A stretch of DNA of 64,000 nt from Felis catus (Eukaryota): the NCBI RefSeq assembly GCF_018350175.1, contig NC_058368.1:100938001-101002000 (forward strand). The letters run 5' to 3'. The notes beneath the pieces are model-generated. The model worked only from the letters and a program-made list of their open reading frames with translations, made no database searches and was not told the DNA's origin. Positions within the stretch are counted from its first letter, which is position 1. The number at the start of each line of letters is the position of its first letter. Shown here piece after piece: positions 49,600 through 61,500 of this stretch. The translations under genes were made by a program, and so were the position numbers.

Positions 49600-50468
49600 T
49601 TTCCATTATTTAGCTTCCGTAATAATCTTTTAGAGTTCCCAGATCCAGGTCCATCATGGGCGAGGGGGTTCTCCCCACGCACGACACCGAGAAATTCTCA
49701 GACGCTAACAGGGTGTCCTCCAGTTCAACTCCATTGTGACAGTACCTACCCAGGGATACCATCAAATCCCACAGGTTATGGATTCTGTCCTGCAACACTG
49801 TTCCCACCCCCGGCTTCACACACCAGTGGTAAGCTTCAGGCTCTTACCTGTACTTCTGACTGCTTGGCTATGGAGTAGAGGTTCCCCTGACCTCCTCCTT
49901 GGGTTCAAGTAACTCGCCAGAAGGGCTCCCAGAACTCAGGGAACCACTTAAGTTTACTAGCTTATTACAGGATAAAGGCTACTTATGAACAATCCGATGG
50001 TGAGATATGTAGAGTGAGATCTCAAACAAAGGAACTTCTGTCCTCGTGAGCTTAGGTCCCAGCTTGGGGGTGCATGGAAGTGTTCCGATTCCCCAAGTGT
50101 GGAAGCTCTCCCAAAAGGACTACAAAAGCCATTCTCTTAGGTTTCTATGGGGACTCCATTGCATAGTCATGGTTGACTAAGTCATTGGCCATTGGCTGAT
50201 TCAACCTCCAGCTTCTGTTCCCTCTCCAGAGGTTAGGGGAAGGTGGGGACTGGTACTGAAAGTTCCAATCCTCTGATCATGTGGTTGATCTGACTGGCAA
50301 CTAGCCCCTGACCTTGGGCGGGTCCAAAATTCACCTTCGTTAATAACAAGACACCAATTTCAACTTTATGGCTCGGAAGCATTTTCAGGAACTATGGTAT
50401 GGATGGTGACCACATATATCTAAGAAATACATTATTTGACCATCTGAATGACCAAATCATTATATCAC
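49600..50468 (-). mobile_element. MER21-like / carnivore ERVL solo LTR
   Basis: gggtgtcctccagttcaactc..atcccacaggtt..tacttctgac..gaggttccc..cctccttgggttc..agaactcaggga..tcattggccattgg; ends tatatcaca. Left edge uncertain. Confidence 0.8.
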
Positions 50469-50496
50469 AGGCAGATTGGGTTTTTTGTTCATCTTA

Positions 50497-50498
<2 letters not shown>

Positions 50499-50542
<44 letters not shown>
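50499..50542. repeat. (CTG)14 trinucleotide repeat followed by a GAA-rich tract to about 50578
   Basis: Direct count; matches the 14-Ala run in the ORF track. Confidence 0.97.
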
Positions 50543-52059
50543 ACGAAGAAGGAGAAGGGGAAGGAGAAGAAGAAGAAATAATGATATGTTTTAGGTCCTT
50601 ATGGTCTATCAGGTACCACAGTGGTGTCTTCATGGCCATGGGTCTTATTTCATCATGACTACAGCATCTGAGAGGAATACTATTACTTGACCCTCTTAAA
50701 GCACAGAGAAACTAAGAAACTTGCCTAACATTAATTTTAAATAATTGAGGTAGATAAATGCTGGGAAGTGCATACAGTTCTTGTAAACTGAAACTACCTC
50801 CCTATCACTTCTTGGTACTAAGTATGAAATAACAGGTGTCATTTGCACTTGATCATTGGCTGCCCCAGGTGATCACCTCTACTGAATCTTGTGGAAACAC
50901 ACAAAAAAGATTTGTTGACAGAAAAATAGGAGTGTGCCTGTCCACTGCTCCCAGATACCTCCCCGGCTCCTTTTCCAGGGCACCTATGGGGCTGGCTGGA
51001 GGTGAGGGCAGTTGAGTCGACCAGAGCCTGAGATGATTGGTCTGGTTGACTAATGTGGGTAGTGGATAGGACTGAGAAGGTGTCTAGGTTGTCATGCAGT
51101 GGGTCCTGTGTTGTGTTCGGCCATACTTTTGTAGGTACCTCTACCTACCCCACTGATGTCTGGCTCCACAACAGCCTCTGTACTAGGGACAGGCCATGGA
51201 CAGGGAGCAGAAAGGAATCCAAAAGTGTTATCTCTGAATGTCTTTCAGGTTCTTCTTCCTCTTCTTCTTTTTTAAAAAATAAATTTGTGTTTCTCCCTCA
51301 AACTTAGCTACGATCTTGAAGCTATAAACTGCTTGAAGATGTATGTAATCATTTTAACTTGCTAGAGTATTAGTGTAAACCTTTACTATCTTCCTTTAAT
51401 TGCTCTTAATAGAAAGCTGTTAAAAGATCATAAAATTTGTGATTAAAAGGACCCGGGTAAGGAGAATTGTGTTTTCTTCCACCAGCCAATGCTAAATTAT
51501 TCCCTATGGCTCATTCTACAGTGATTTGGACGATCCTTTGTAAAATAAGTTTAATGAAACCCTCTCTATTTCCACAGGGATACTGTCTATGATTTGTTTA
51601 ATAGACCCAATTTGGTAGACTATTTTTTCTGGATAATCAGCTTACATTTTTCTTTGTTTAGTTTCATCTCATTAGCTATATGCTTGATTTCTTTCCTGTT
51701 CCATAATACATGTTCTCGGTACCTGCTGTGTGTGATGGACATGTTTTTTCATACAATGGTCCTTTTCTTTCTTTTTATAGATTGTGCAATATATATGTGA
51801 GCCTAATTGCTTTTTCATTTTTCATAGTCTGTTCCTTATGGTATGGACATCTTTAGTAAGTTAAAAATAGAATATCACGGTCTGTTGGTTGTTTCTCTTC
51901 CCCTCTTTCCTTCTTTCCTTTTTATTCTACTCACTTTGAAGTAATAAAGGTGGAATTGCAGAGTTGGGTTTTTTCCTTTCATTTTCTCTTTTAAAGTATT
52001 CTCCCCAGTACTCTGTTCTGTGGGCCAAGAATAGGACTTTATGATCTGTGGAAGCAAGA

Positions 52060-52610
52060 GGTTTCCATCAGTAGCATGTGTGTTTGACCACAGATATCAG
52101 CCCAAATAAAAGGACTGAACTAAAATTGGGGTTTATCTTTCTCAGGCATAGTATTTTCTCACGTGCTACCAATGGTAGATAATTGTGGGTTTGGGTTCAG
52201 TGGCTCAGGATTATCGGGGGTTGGATCTCTCTGTTTCTTGTGGCCTTTCCCTCCTGATCATAAGGTGGCAGCTGAACTTAGAGATCACACTTCATGTTCC
52301 AGGCAAGAAGAGGGAGGAAGCAGGTAGAGAGATGAGCGGAAGATGAAGGAGGGCCAGCAGAACCTGACTGTTCCTTTTCAGGAACGTTTTGGATCTTTGC
52401 CATCCAGTGACTTCCACTGACATTTTAGTGGCCGTTTCTGTGTCCCATGGCAAAGGCATTTGGAAAATGTTGGGGGAACAGATGTTGTGATGGTTTTGCT
52501 GTTGTTTGCTTTTTTAACCTTGGCTAATGGTCACACCCGCCAACAAAATTGATGTTCCATTTATAAGGATGAAGGGAAGCATGGGTCTTGGGTAGCACCT
52601 GACGGTCAGA
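52060..52610 (-). mobile_element. Old MaLR LTR (MLT1J-like)
   Basis: aaggtggcagctg..cttcatgttccaggcaagaag..gacttccactgacatt..aacaaaattg..taaggatgaaggg. Confidence 0.65.
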
Positions 52611-54589
52611 ACCGCAGCCTCCAGTGGCAGAAGGCAAGGCAGAAATTTCATGTTTCTGCTTAGGTGTAGGGTAGCTTCCCGTGCGTTCATTCTGTTCCTC
52701 CTTCCCGGGATACCTGGGAGTTTATCTGAAAAAGGCTGGTATAACCTAAAAACCTCCAGGAAAGTATGATCCCTGAATAAACATCTATAATTTAGTTCCA
52801 AGTATGGGAGTATTTATCTCAGCGTTAGATTTGGGAGAAGGGCTAGAATAGATAGGCTCTTTCCATGGATGCAAAGAATGGGGTCCCACTTAGACTTCCT
52901 GTGAATGATTAACAGCCATGTACATATAGGCCTACTTTCTTCTCTTCTTGCTATTGTGTTGCATCCTCCTTGGTGTGGTCCCACTGGACTGCTCTTAACC
53001 CACCAGTGTGTTTTATGTAAGCGATTTTATTGACTACATTTTTGGTTGCAGCCAAGAGGTCAAGGGCTTCTTTCCCCTTTTCTTTGTTACTCCCTCCTAG
53101 GTGTGTTTTTAACTTTAAACCTCTGAATTGTCTCTGCAAGGGCCACTTCCCATCCTTTGTGTCATTTCTCTGAGGACCTGTTCCCGCATCTTGACACAGT
53201 CTCCACTCACCATCTGGCCTCTTCCACTAAGTCTTCCCACTGAGTACCAAACACCATGAGTTCTGCTCATCCAAGGGTCTTAAATTCCTGCAAAATAACA
53301 ACTATAGCATTTACACAGGAGACTCAATGCGGTACTCATAATTTGACAAATATAAAATGGCATTAGGGGTCTTCATTAAAAAAAAAAAGAAAAGATACTT
53401 GCCTGGTGTCCTATGTCTTAACTGCTGTGTCATAAGGACGTGGAGGCCTAGGAAGTCCTAAGTGATCTGACCCCACCACATGAACCCCACCAGTGCCGGA
53501 GCTGGCTCCAAGTGTACAGTTCATGAAGAAGGAGACTGCTTAAGTGAATCAGAGGCATAAATTAGGTAGTTGGAGGAAGGTTTAAGGGACTTGAGAGAGC
53601 ACATTGTTTTCAAGCACTTTAAATACTTTAAAAACATCAGTTCATCCACATGCCGAGGCTATTCTAATTGTAAATCTTTCATTAAAAACCAGTCTCCTGA
53701 GGCTGTCTCCGGGCAACCCCACACAAGCCCAGTTCTGATTACTATTTCTTCTTTAAAGTATTAAGACAGCCTTTCCATAAGCATATCCTATAATTTGTAT
53801 TTAAATTAGTGTCTTACCCCCCCAACCCCCATTATTTGAATTACCAAATCAGGTTTGGTGTGCTTTGTAATAAGTTTTATTCAAATGTTCATCCCATGGT
53901 CTTACTTTTTGCCTTACAGGTAAGCAGTCAGTTTATGATTGCTTTTAGAATTTGTTTCATTTGGTTGTTTGTTTTGATTTGTTTTTATTGGATCATCAGG
54001 GAAATGCCTCACAAATGCTGGTGTTATCTATAATCTGTAATTGAGTCACATTGTTATTCAACATATAATTAGGTCATTGGAACAGATCAAAAGTGTATAA
54101 AATGTGGCTTTAAAGTATTCCCAGTCAAAAATGAATTGAGTTGGTCAGAGATTGTCAAATAGGTTTTGAAGTGTTATGAGGCCAGATTTTTTTTGGATTA
54201 TGCTTTTGTTTTTTCAGGTGTTTGTGGTTTTGTTTTTGTTTTTGTTTTTGTTTTTTTAGTATAGGGCAGAGATTAATGGAATTTATTGCCTTTCTTCTTC
54301 TGTAAGAAGAACAGTAAGATGTAAGAATTAGTCAAGATGTTAAGATAAATTTAAAATCCAAGGAAAATCAGGAATGTATTTTAAGAGAGTCAGTTTCAGT
54401 GTCTCCTTTACATTTGTCAACGGGGTCAATTAAATTTATAAATACAGCGGGAAATATATTTTGGGAAAAATCAGGATTCCAATTAATTTCACTAAGAAAA
54501 GAGCTAAACTTGTAGCACAGTACAATACATGTCAGTAAATACTTATGGAATGAGTGAATGACCGAATGGAGACATCACTTGGTCCAGTA

Positions 54590-54790
54590 GTTTTCAAGCT
54601 GGAGGGACCTGGCTTCTGATCCTGACTGCCCCCTACCCTCTGAGAAACCTCGCACAGGTGATTTAGCCTTTCCAAGCCCCAAATCTTTCCTGTGTAGAAT
54701 TTGCATGATGATGGTGTCTCATCGTATTGTGAAAATTAACTAAGATGAGGGGCTTGGCACAAAGGAGGCATTAAGTAAATATTATTGTAG
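54590..54790 (+). mobile_element. MIR remnant
   Basis: gacctggcttctgatcctgactgcc..tgatttagcctttccaagcc..ttgtgaaaattaa..cttggcaca..agtaaatattatt. Confidence 0.65.
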
Positions 54791-55288
54791 TTTTAAACCA
54801 CTGTGAAAATGTCCATATTTGGTAGGTCAAAATTCTGGAAAGTTAATATGACTCAGTCCACTCTTAATCCTCACAGCACATGAAATGATTCTGGTTTGTT
54901 TGTTTTTGTTTCTTTCACAAAGAATTTAGCCCATACTGAAGGTTTGGGGAAAGTTTCTTAAGGGAAATAATGCTTGAGCGGAGACTTGGAGGTAGGGGTT
55001 GGCCATTTGAAAAGAGGCAGGAAGGGCGTTTCCGGTAATGGAGCTACTCTCTTAGTAAAAGGATAAACTAAACTAAGTAGACTGTTTCACAAGTGTTGTC
55101 TGGATAGATTGAGTCTCACCAGATCTTACCAGCTCTATTGTGCTCTGTTGTCAACAGCAGAGTCTACTGGCCCAAGATCCTTATCATGAAAAATGTTTGA
55201 GCAAAACATTCGAATATATGCACATTTAGTAATAACTTATATAACTGTGCTCCTGTATAAATCCATACATTAACAATTAGGAAGGATA

Positions 55289-55485
55289 GGGGTGCCTGGG
55301 TGGCTTAATTGGTTAAGCGTCCGACTCTTGGTTTTGGCCCACAGTTCGTGGGTTCGAGCCCCGCGTCAGGCTCTGTACTGTTGGTGTGGAGCCTGCTCTA
55401 GATTCTCTGTCTCCCTCTCTCTGCCCCTCCCCTGATCATACTTTCTCTCTCTCTCTCTCTCAAAATAAATAAATAAACATTTTTT
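55289..55485 (+). mobile_element. Felid CAN-SINE with internal deletion
   Basis: Degenerate TSD attaggaaggatag/attagaaagaatag. Confidence 0.93.
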
Positions 55486-55504
55486 TATTAGAAAGAATAG
55501 ATTT

Positions 55505-55957
55505 GTTTTTTTAATTTAAAATTTTAAAAAGTCTTATTATTTATTTTGAGAGAGAGAGAATGCAAGCAGGGGAGGGGCAGAGAGAGGGAGAGACAGAGAA
55601 TCCCAAGCATGCTCTGTACCACCAGTGCAAAGTCCAACCCGGGGATCGAACTCATGAACCATAAGATCATGACCTGAGCCGAAATCAAGAATCAGATGCT
55701 TAGGGGCGCCTAGGTGGCGCAATCGGTTAAGCGTCCGACTTCAGCCAGGTCACGATCTCGCGGTCCGTGAGTTCGAGCCCCGCGTCAGGCTCTGGGCTGA
55801 TGGCTCAGAGCCTGGAGCCTGTTTCCGATTCTGTGTCTCCCTCTCTCTCTGCCCCTCCCCCGTTCATGCTCTGTGTCTCTCTGTCCCCCCAAAAATAAAT
55901 AAACGTTGAAAAAAAAAAAAGAATCAGATGCTTAACTGACTGAGGCACCCAGGCCCC
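55505..55957 (-). mobile_element. Felid CAN-SINE host interrupted by a younger SINE
   Basis: Body 55505-55702; head resumes at 55935-55957 (actgactgaggcacccaggcccc). Confidence 0.93.
55703..55920 (+). mobile_element. Young felid CAN-SINE nested in opposite orientation, TSD aagaatcagatgctta
   Basis: TSD at 55687-55702 and 55919-55934. Confidence 0.97.
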
Positions 55958-56299
55958 AAAATAAAAAGAAATTCTAATATCTGTTTTCCTGAATTGTGGT
56001 GATCTTGCTGCATTTCCCACATGCCTCTAGCCTACTTTAGAGACCACTGACCTAGGAAAAACATAATGAACATGGACAGTTTTCCTGATGCTTCCCAACC
56101 AGGTTTTATGAGAGTTTAAGGTTTATATTTTTCAGTTTCCACAGGGTCTCATAAGTTCCAATCTGAAAAGTTAACGTAATCATTGGCTGAAAGCTGATTG
56201 TATCCTAGGGATCCCTGTCAGGGTTATGCTTCCTAGGAACAGAAACAAAATCACACAGAAAGGTCATACCTGAACTTGACCTGAACTGTCCCACATCAT

Positions 56300-56860
56300 C
56301 CCCCTGCTGATGATGAGCTTATGAATCAGAACTACAAAACACAGAAGAAAATAAATAGCTATGAGTGAGAGTCAACAGACACAAAACAACAGGATTAAAC
56401 CCCAAGAATTTTAAGTAAAGGAAATTTAATGAAAACCAAAAATGAAGATGTGTTAAAATAATTGAAGGCATAGGAAAAGATCAAGCATCAAAGAAAAATA
56501 GGCCAGGTAGATTTAGAAAAGAACCGGTAGAAATGAAAATATAGTTGTTACCATGAACTCAGTGGCTTGATTAAGAAGTGGTTTAGAGGGGCACCTGGGT
56601 TGCTCCATTGGATAAGCATCTGACTCTTGATTTTGGTGCAAGTCATGATCTCAGGGTCGTGGGATCAAGCCCCGAGTTGGGCTCCCAGCTGGGTGTGGAG
56701 CCTCTTGAGATTCTCTCTCCCCCTCTCTCTGCCCCTCCCCTGCTCATGCGTGCATGCTCTCTCACTCAAAATAAAATAAAGTAAAGTAAAATAAAATAAA
56801 ATAAAATAAAATAAGGAATTTAGAGACAGCCAGAGAAAGGATTTAATGCTGGATCTGAGG
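56300..56860 (+). mobile_element. Old L1ME 5'/ORF1 remnant split by a SINE
   Basis: atgagtgagagtcaacaga..gatttagaaaagaacc..agaaatgaaaatatag..aactcagtgg [SINE] gacagccagagaaagg. Confidence 0.65.
56588..56812 (+). mobile_element. CAN-SINE with (TAAAA)n tail
   Basis: ggggcacctggg head; gagattctctctcc. Confidence 0.93.
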
Positions 56861-56949
56861 GGCACTATTGCTGTCACCATTTATAGTCACCATACCATTC
56901 AGATCATATCATGTGTACCCGGATACCCCACCTACCACTCACACAGGTA

Positions 56950-57420
56950 ACACTGCTCACTGGCCCCAAAATCCACAGAAAAAGAGTACAATCCTTGACA
57001 TGACCCAGAAGCCCCCCCTTCCCCCCCCCCCAGCCTCTCCAGCTCAGCTTCATTGTTTTCTCAGACACAGCCACACTGGCGTCTGTTTTTCTAATATGAC
57101 CACGCTTCCCCCTTTGAGCATGCTATGCTCTGTGTCTGAAATATCCCGCTCCTTTGCCCTATCAGCTCATTCTCCCAGTTTCTGGATCACCTTCCCAGGG
57201 AAGCGTTCCTTTGCTCCATAGGTTAACAAGGATGCTTTGTTGCTAACACTTAAAACAGCTAGCCACTTCCTTCAAAGTACTTGTTTCCATTTGTAATCCT
57301 ACACTTATTACTGGGATTGTTTGAACACCATTCATCTTCCACACTAGACTGTACGCCCTGTTTGTTTGGCCAACCATTGTGTCAGTGGTTGTACCCAGTA
57401 GGTGTTTGATGAATATTCCA
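56950..57420 (+). mobile_element. L2 3' remnant
   Basis: atcaccttcccagggaagc..cttccacactagactgta..agtaggtgtttgatgaatatt. Confidence 0.65.
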
Positions 57421-57859
57421 GAAGTACACAGCACATAAATATTTATATTAAAATAGCTCTGAAGATGCTTGGTGTTTCAGTTTCTGTTGTTCCACGGTGA
57501 GTTTGGTCTTTTTAGCTATAAAATGGTATTTCTTCTCTAAGATCTTTCGTAAGCCAAATTACATTATTTCTTTTCACATATTTTTTTTTCTTTACCATTT
57601 TAAATAGGTTCTTGTGGCATTCAGCTTTCAAGGTCCTCAGATTTCTTCCAAGATAGTCTGTAAAGCCCTGTGAAACCACAGCACTTGTCTCTTTGAATTC
57701 TGTGAACAGTGCAGTTTTTTCCAGACACAGAGTTAGGTGCATGTTGGGAATGGTGTCACACACAAAATGAAGGATACGTGGCAACACTGGGCTCTTCAGA
57801 CACACATCTGATTTTTTTTTTTTAGGTGGTCATCTGACTTTTTAAAAGTGTTCCTTTGA

Positions 57860-58050
57860 GGGGCGCCTGGGTGGCTCAGTCGGTTGAGCATCCAGCTTCG
57901 GCTCAGGTCGAAGTGGTTCGTGGGCTCGAGCCCCACATTGGCCTAGGCTCTCTGCTGTCAGCTCAGAACCTGCTTGGGATCCCCTGTCCTCCTCTCTCTC
58001 TGCCCCTCCTCTGCTCTCTGTCTCTCAAAAAAATACATAAACATTAAACA
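57860..58050 (+). mobile_element. Felid CAN-SINE
   Basis: ggggcgcctgggtggctcagtcgg; partial TSD ttcctttga. Confidence 0.93.
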
Positions 58051-60541
58051 ATAGTAAGTATTTATTCCTTTGATAAGCTTACTATGACTCAGTTTTGAAA
58101 TTCTGAGCAGTTGCTGGGGTGCAGGTGAGCAGAAGCCTGAGGACTGCAGAGCCTCTGTGCACTGGTAGCTTCGGTCCCAGAGGACAGTGACACTGCAGCC
58201 CGCTTACTGCAGTGAGGAGGCATTGATTTTTCTCCCTCTCTGTTCTTAGCTGCACCTCTGAGGCAGGTCTGGTATGAAGCATCTTTCCTGGCAAGGAGAG
58301 GAAAACCTGTCATGAACTTTGTCACCCCAACAAACGGACATTTCAAGCCAAACCAGATGGAGGAGGAACAGGGCTTTAAAGACTCCTGAAAACCTCCCGA
58401 CTTAGTTCAGCATCCTGGCTGTTGTGACAAGAGAGGTTCCCTGCAGTTTGTAACAAACCTTGACCGACGATAGGGAAGAAATTTTTTTTTTTTTTAACGT
58501 TTTGAGGAGAGCATAAAAGGATCAAATCAGTGAAAACAGTGCAGCTTTGTGCAGCGATCTCGGAAGGTTAGCAAAGTGGTCTTGTCCAAGTTTTCAACAA
58601 GATGTTCCGTTCCTGTTATAATTGGCTGCTGGGTAGGTTTGGACCTAACTAGAATGCCAGCGTTCGATTTCGCCGTGTCCTCGGTGGAGATGTGTCACCG
58701 TTTATGCTCGCCTTAGTGACAATTTTCTAAAATGGAAACTCGTGGGAAATCATTACAGTGTTTATATGTCTCCCTTGTCGGATGGCGTTATCCTGTGATA
58801 TTTTACCAGTGTTTTCCACTGCATGATGGCATCTAGCAAAGGTTAAGGCAGAACAGGTCCCTCTGTAATTTTGTGACTGCATTTTACTTACCGAAGAAGA
58901 AAAGATAACTGACAATTAAGTATTTGGGATGTCACAGAAAGAACATGTGCAACTAATCAATGGTATCCTCTGGGAACATGATTTTATAAAGCTGATAAGG
59001 TAGAAAAATCGGGATTTTGTGATTTGTGTTACATGATGATAATTGCACCTTTTCAATAAAAAAGACATTTCTCCTGGAGTAAACATTGAGCTTGCGGGGG
59101 ATGCTGGTAGCCATGCTGTTGTGTTTTTTTTTGCCCTATTCAGGCAATTTTTTTGTAAATGTTTTTGTAGACTATGAGGTTTTTGGTTTGGGGGTTTTTT
59201 CGGTTTTGTTTTTTGTTTTGGGCACCCATTCTTTTAGAGTGAGGTTTCTGCAGGAAACCTGTTGTATGCAAAGTCATTTATTTATTATCCTGAAAGCGAG
59301 TAACACTGTGTAAAGAATAATAATTATTATTTTTTGCTTCTTACAAGTTGCACTCAATTTCCCAGTTTTTATGCGTATCCGAGTTGGATACAGCAACAGC
59401 CCTCCATTACATACATAGTATAGCACAAACTTGTTCCATTTCTTGATTTTACCCCGTTTCCCATGTACCTCTTAATAATAACCTGGGTTTTAGTCTGCAT
59501 GGCTCCTACGTGATGAATTACGTGCACATTTCTTCAATGCGTTCTTCTGTTAATCCTACAGCTTCTACAATCTGCATGTGTATCAAAGCGCCACTAAAAG
59601 ACATTCAGAGCCCAGGCTGTTTGGAAGCTCTTAACATAGCAGGCTCTTCCCCCACATGGGCCACTTTTGCTTGTTTTATTGCACAGGTTTCAATTAGATG
59701 TAGACAGGTAGCTTCTCAGCTGGTTTGCACAGTGCTTTCTTCTCATTCCAGCAGCTTTGAACATCTCCACCTTCCTTTAAAAAAACAAAAACAGTTAATC
59801 GAAGGACCACACTCCTTGGCCCAGCGACACATCATTCTGTGCTTGGTACTTGCTACTGGGTGACCTCTTTTGGAAATGATTTTGAGTCTTTTCTTCATGT
59901 TCATTGCTCACCTCTAGGCCTTTCTAAATTTATTCTCATTTCTCATTTTGGGGGTGCTAGATAATATTGCATTAAGGGGAGCAAGAGGATTGATTGCTTA
60001 GCTCGTTTTATAAAAGTTCTGGAAGCAACTCTTTTTTGCTGACCTACCACTCAAGACAACAGCACTTGTATACAAGCACCTACTCTTTGTCTTACATCTG
60101 TGGTGTGAATTCTGCCCCTTGGGGTATTTGACTCATTACTTACACCTGTAAAATGGAATTTAATGGGATTTATTTCCAAGTTCTTCTCTAACTTGCCATA
60201 TTCATTTTTGAATTGTGTTGTCCTGCTGCATAAATGAGTTGTCCAGCCATCTGTCCAAACTCGGATCCAGTGTCAGACCTCTACCATCACAGTGATCAGT
60301 TAATCGATTAAATAGCACTGGGTCTGGGGCCATCACTGAACAGCAGTTCAAAATGCTCCTCTCGTAACACATGTAGGGGACTCATGTCTCCTTGGTTGTA
60401 CTCTGACCCAGCAGTGATGGCATTTAAACAATATTTTCCTCCACGTTTTGCTAACCTTGTGAACCCTCAACACTACAGATTGCTAAATTCTCGAATTTCG
60501 TATGAAAGACACAGAAGCCATGAGTATGAACTCCTTTCTAA

Positions 60542-60764
60542 TTTTTTTTTTAATTTTTAACCTTTATTTACTTTTGAGAGACAGAGACAGACAGAGCATG
60601 AGCAGGGGGAGAAGCAGAGAGAGAGGGAGACACAGAATCCGAAGCAGGCTCCAGGCTCTGAGGTGTCAGCGCAGAGCCCGACGCGGGGCTCGAACCCACG
60701 AACCGTGAGATCGTGACCTGAGCTGAAGTCAGACGCTTAACCGACTGAGCCACCCAGGCGCCCC
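60542..60764 (-). mobile_element. Felid CAN-SINE, TSD tgaactcctttctaa
   Basis: Perfect TSD at 60527-60541 and 60765-60779; CpG-rich. Confidence 0.97.
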
Positions 60765-61364
60765 TGAACTCCTTTCTAAATTCAATGCACTAGTAGATTT
60801 TGAACCACCAGAAAGAATCCTTCCGAAAGTTAGCCCCACTGCCAGATAAATATTTTCAACCACAGCCCAGAGCCGAAAGCACTAATGAATTCTAATAGCA
60901 AGGCAGCACACAGCCCAGTGGGGGTTGCAATTGACAAAGAGGCAGAAAACTAGAACAAGAGGGCCAGCGTGTCCTTTGGGGAGCTGGCCTACAGCACAGG
61001 CCCAACAGTGAGTGCTGCAGGCTCCCAGCCAAATGAAGAGTGTGCCCAGCAGCGTTACTGTCATACGGGAACTGAAAGCGGGTGTCCTCGGCTGGACTGT
61101 CAGGGGCCTGTGACCCCCCTGCCACTGTCAGCACAGTTATATATGTATGCATATTTTTCAGCAAACGAGATTCTCAGGTTTGATCCAATTTTGAAAGGGA
61201 TCCATGAATCATGGAGGGTTAAGAAGTCCCGGCTCACTAGATGGACAGTGATCCAAACTTCTAAAACCAATAAAAGAGGTTGTTGGGAATTGATATAACA
61301 AGACATTCTGAGGAAACAATGAACCTTTGTCGAAGACTCATGGTGTGCCAGAGACTCTTGGGGA

Positions 61365-61500
61365 CATCACATCATCTTATCCTCACACTAATCCTGTGAG
61401 GTAGCCACAGGATTTTATAAAACTGATAAGGCAGAAAAATAAGGGGTGTTGGAACCCAGTTCTTGTCCTAAAGCTCCATACGTCCTACCACACCATCCTG
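61365..61500 (-). mobile_element. MIR remnant with central deletion
   Basis: atcctcacactaatcctgtgaggtag...ggaacccag...taccacaccat. Confidence 0.6.

Noticed and set aside
50399..50658. Poly-Ala and poly-Cys ORFs
   Set aside because: Products of the (CTG)14 repeat; no splice or coding support.
54813..54822. Isolated CArG box CCATATTTGG and scattered AP-1 TGAGTCA sites
   Set aside because: Several are expected by chance in 64 kb of AT-rich DNA; no supporting context.
4353..60753. Family of similar ORFs (GAWVAQSVKRLTSAQV..SLEPASDSVSPSLS and GRERGRHRI..)
   Set aside because: These are translations of CAN-SINE copies, not a gene family.
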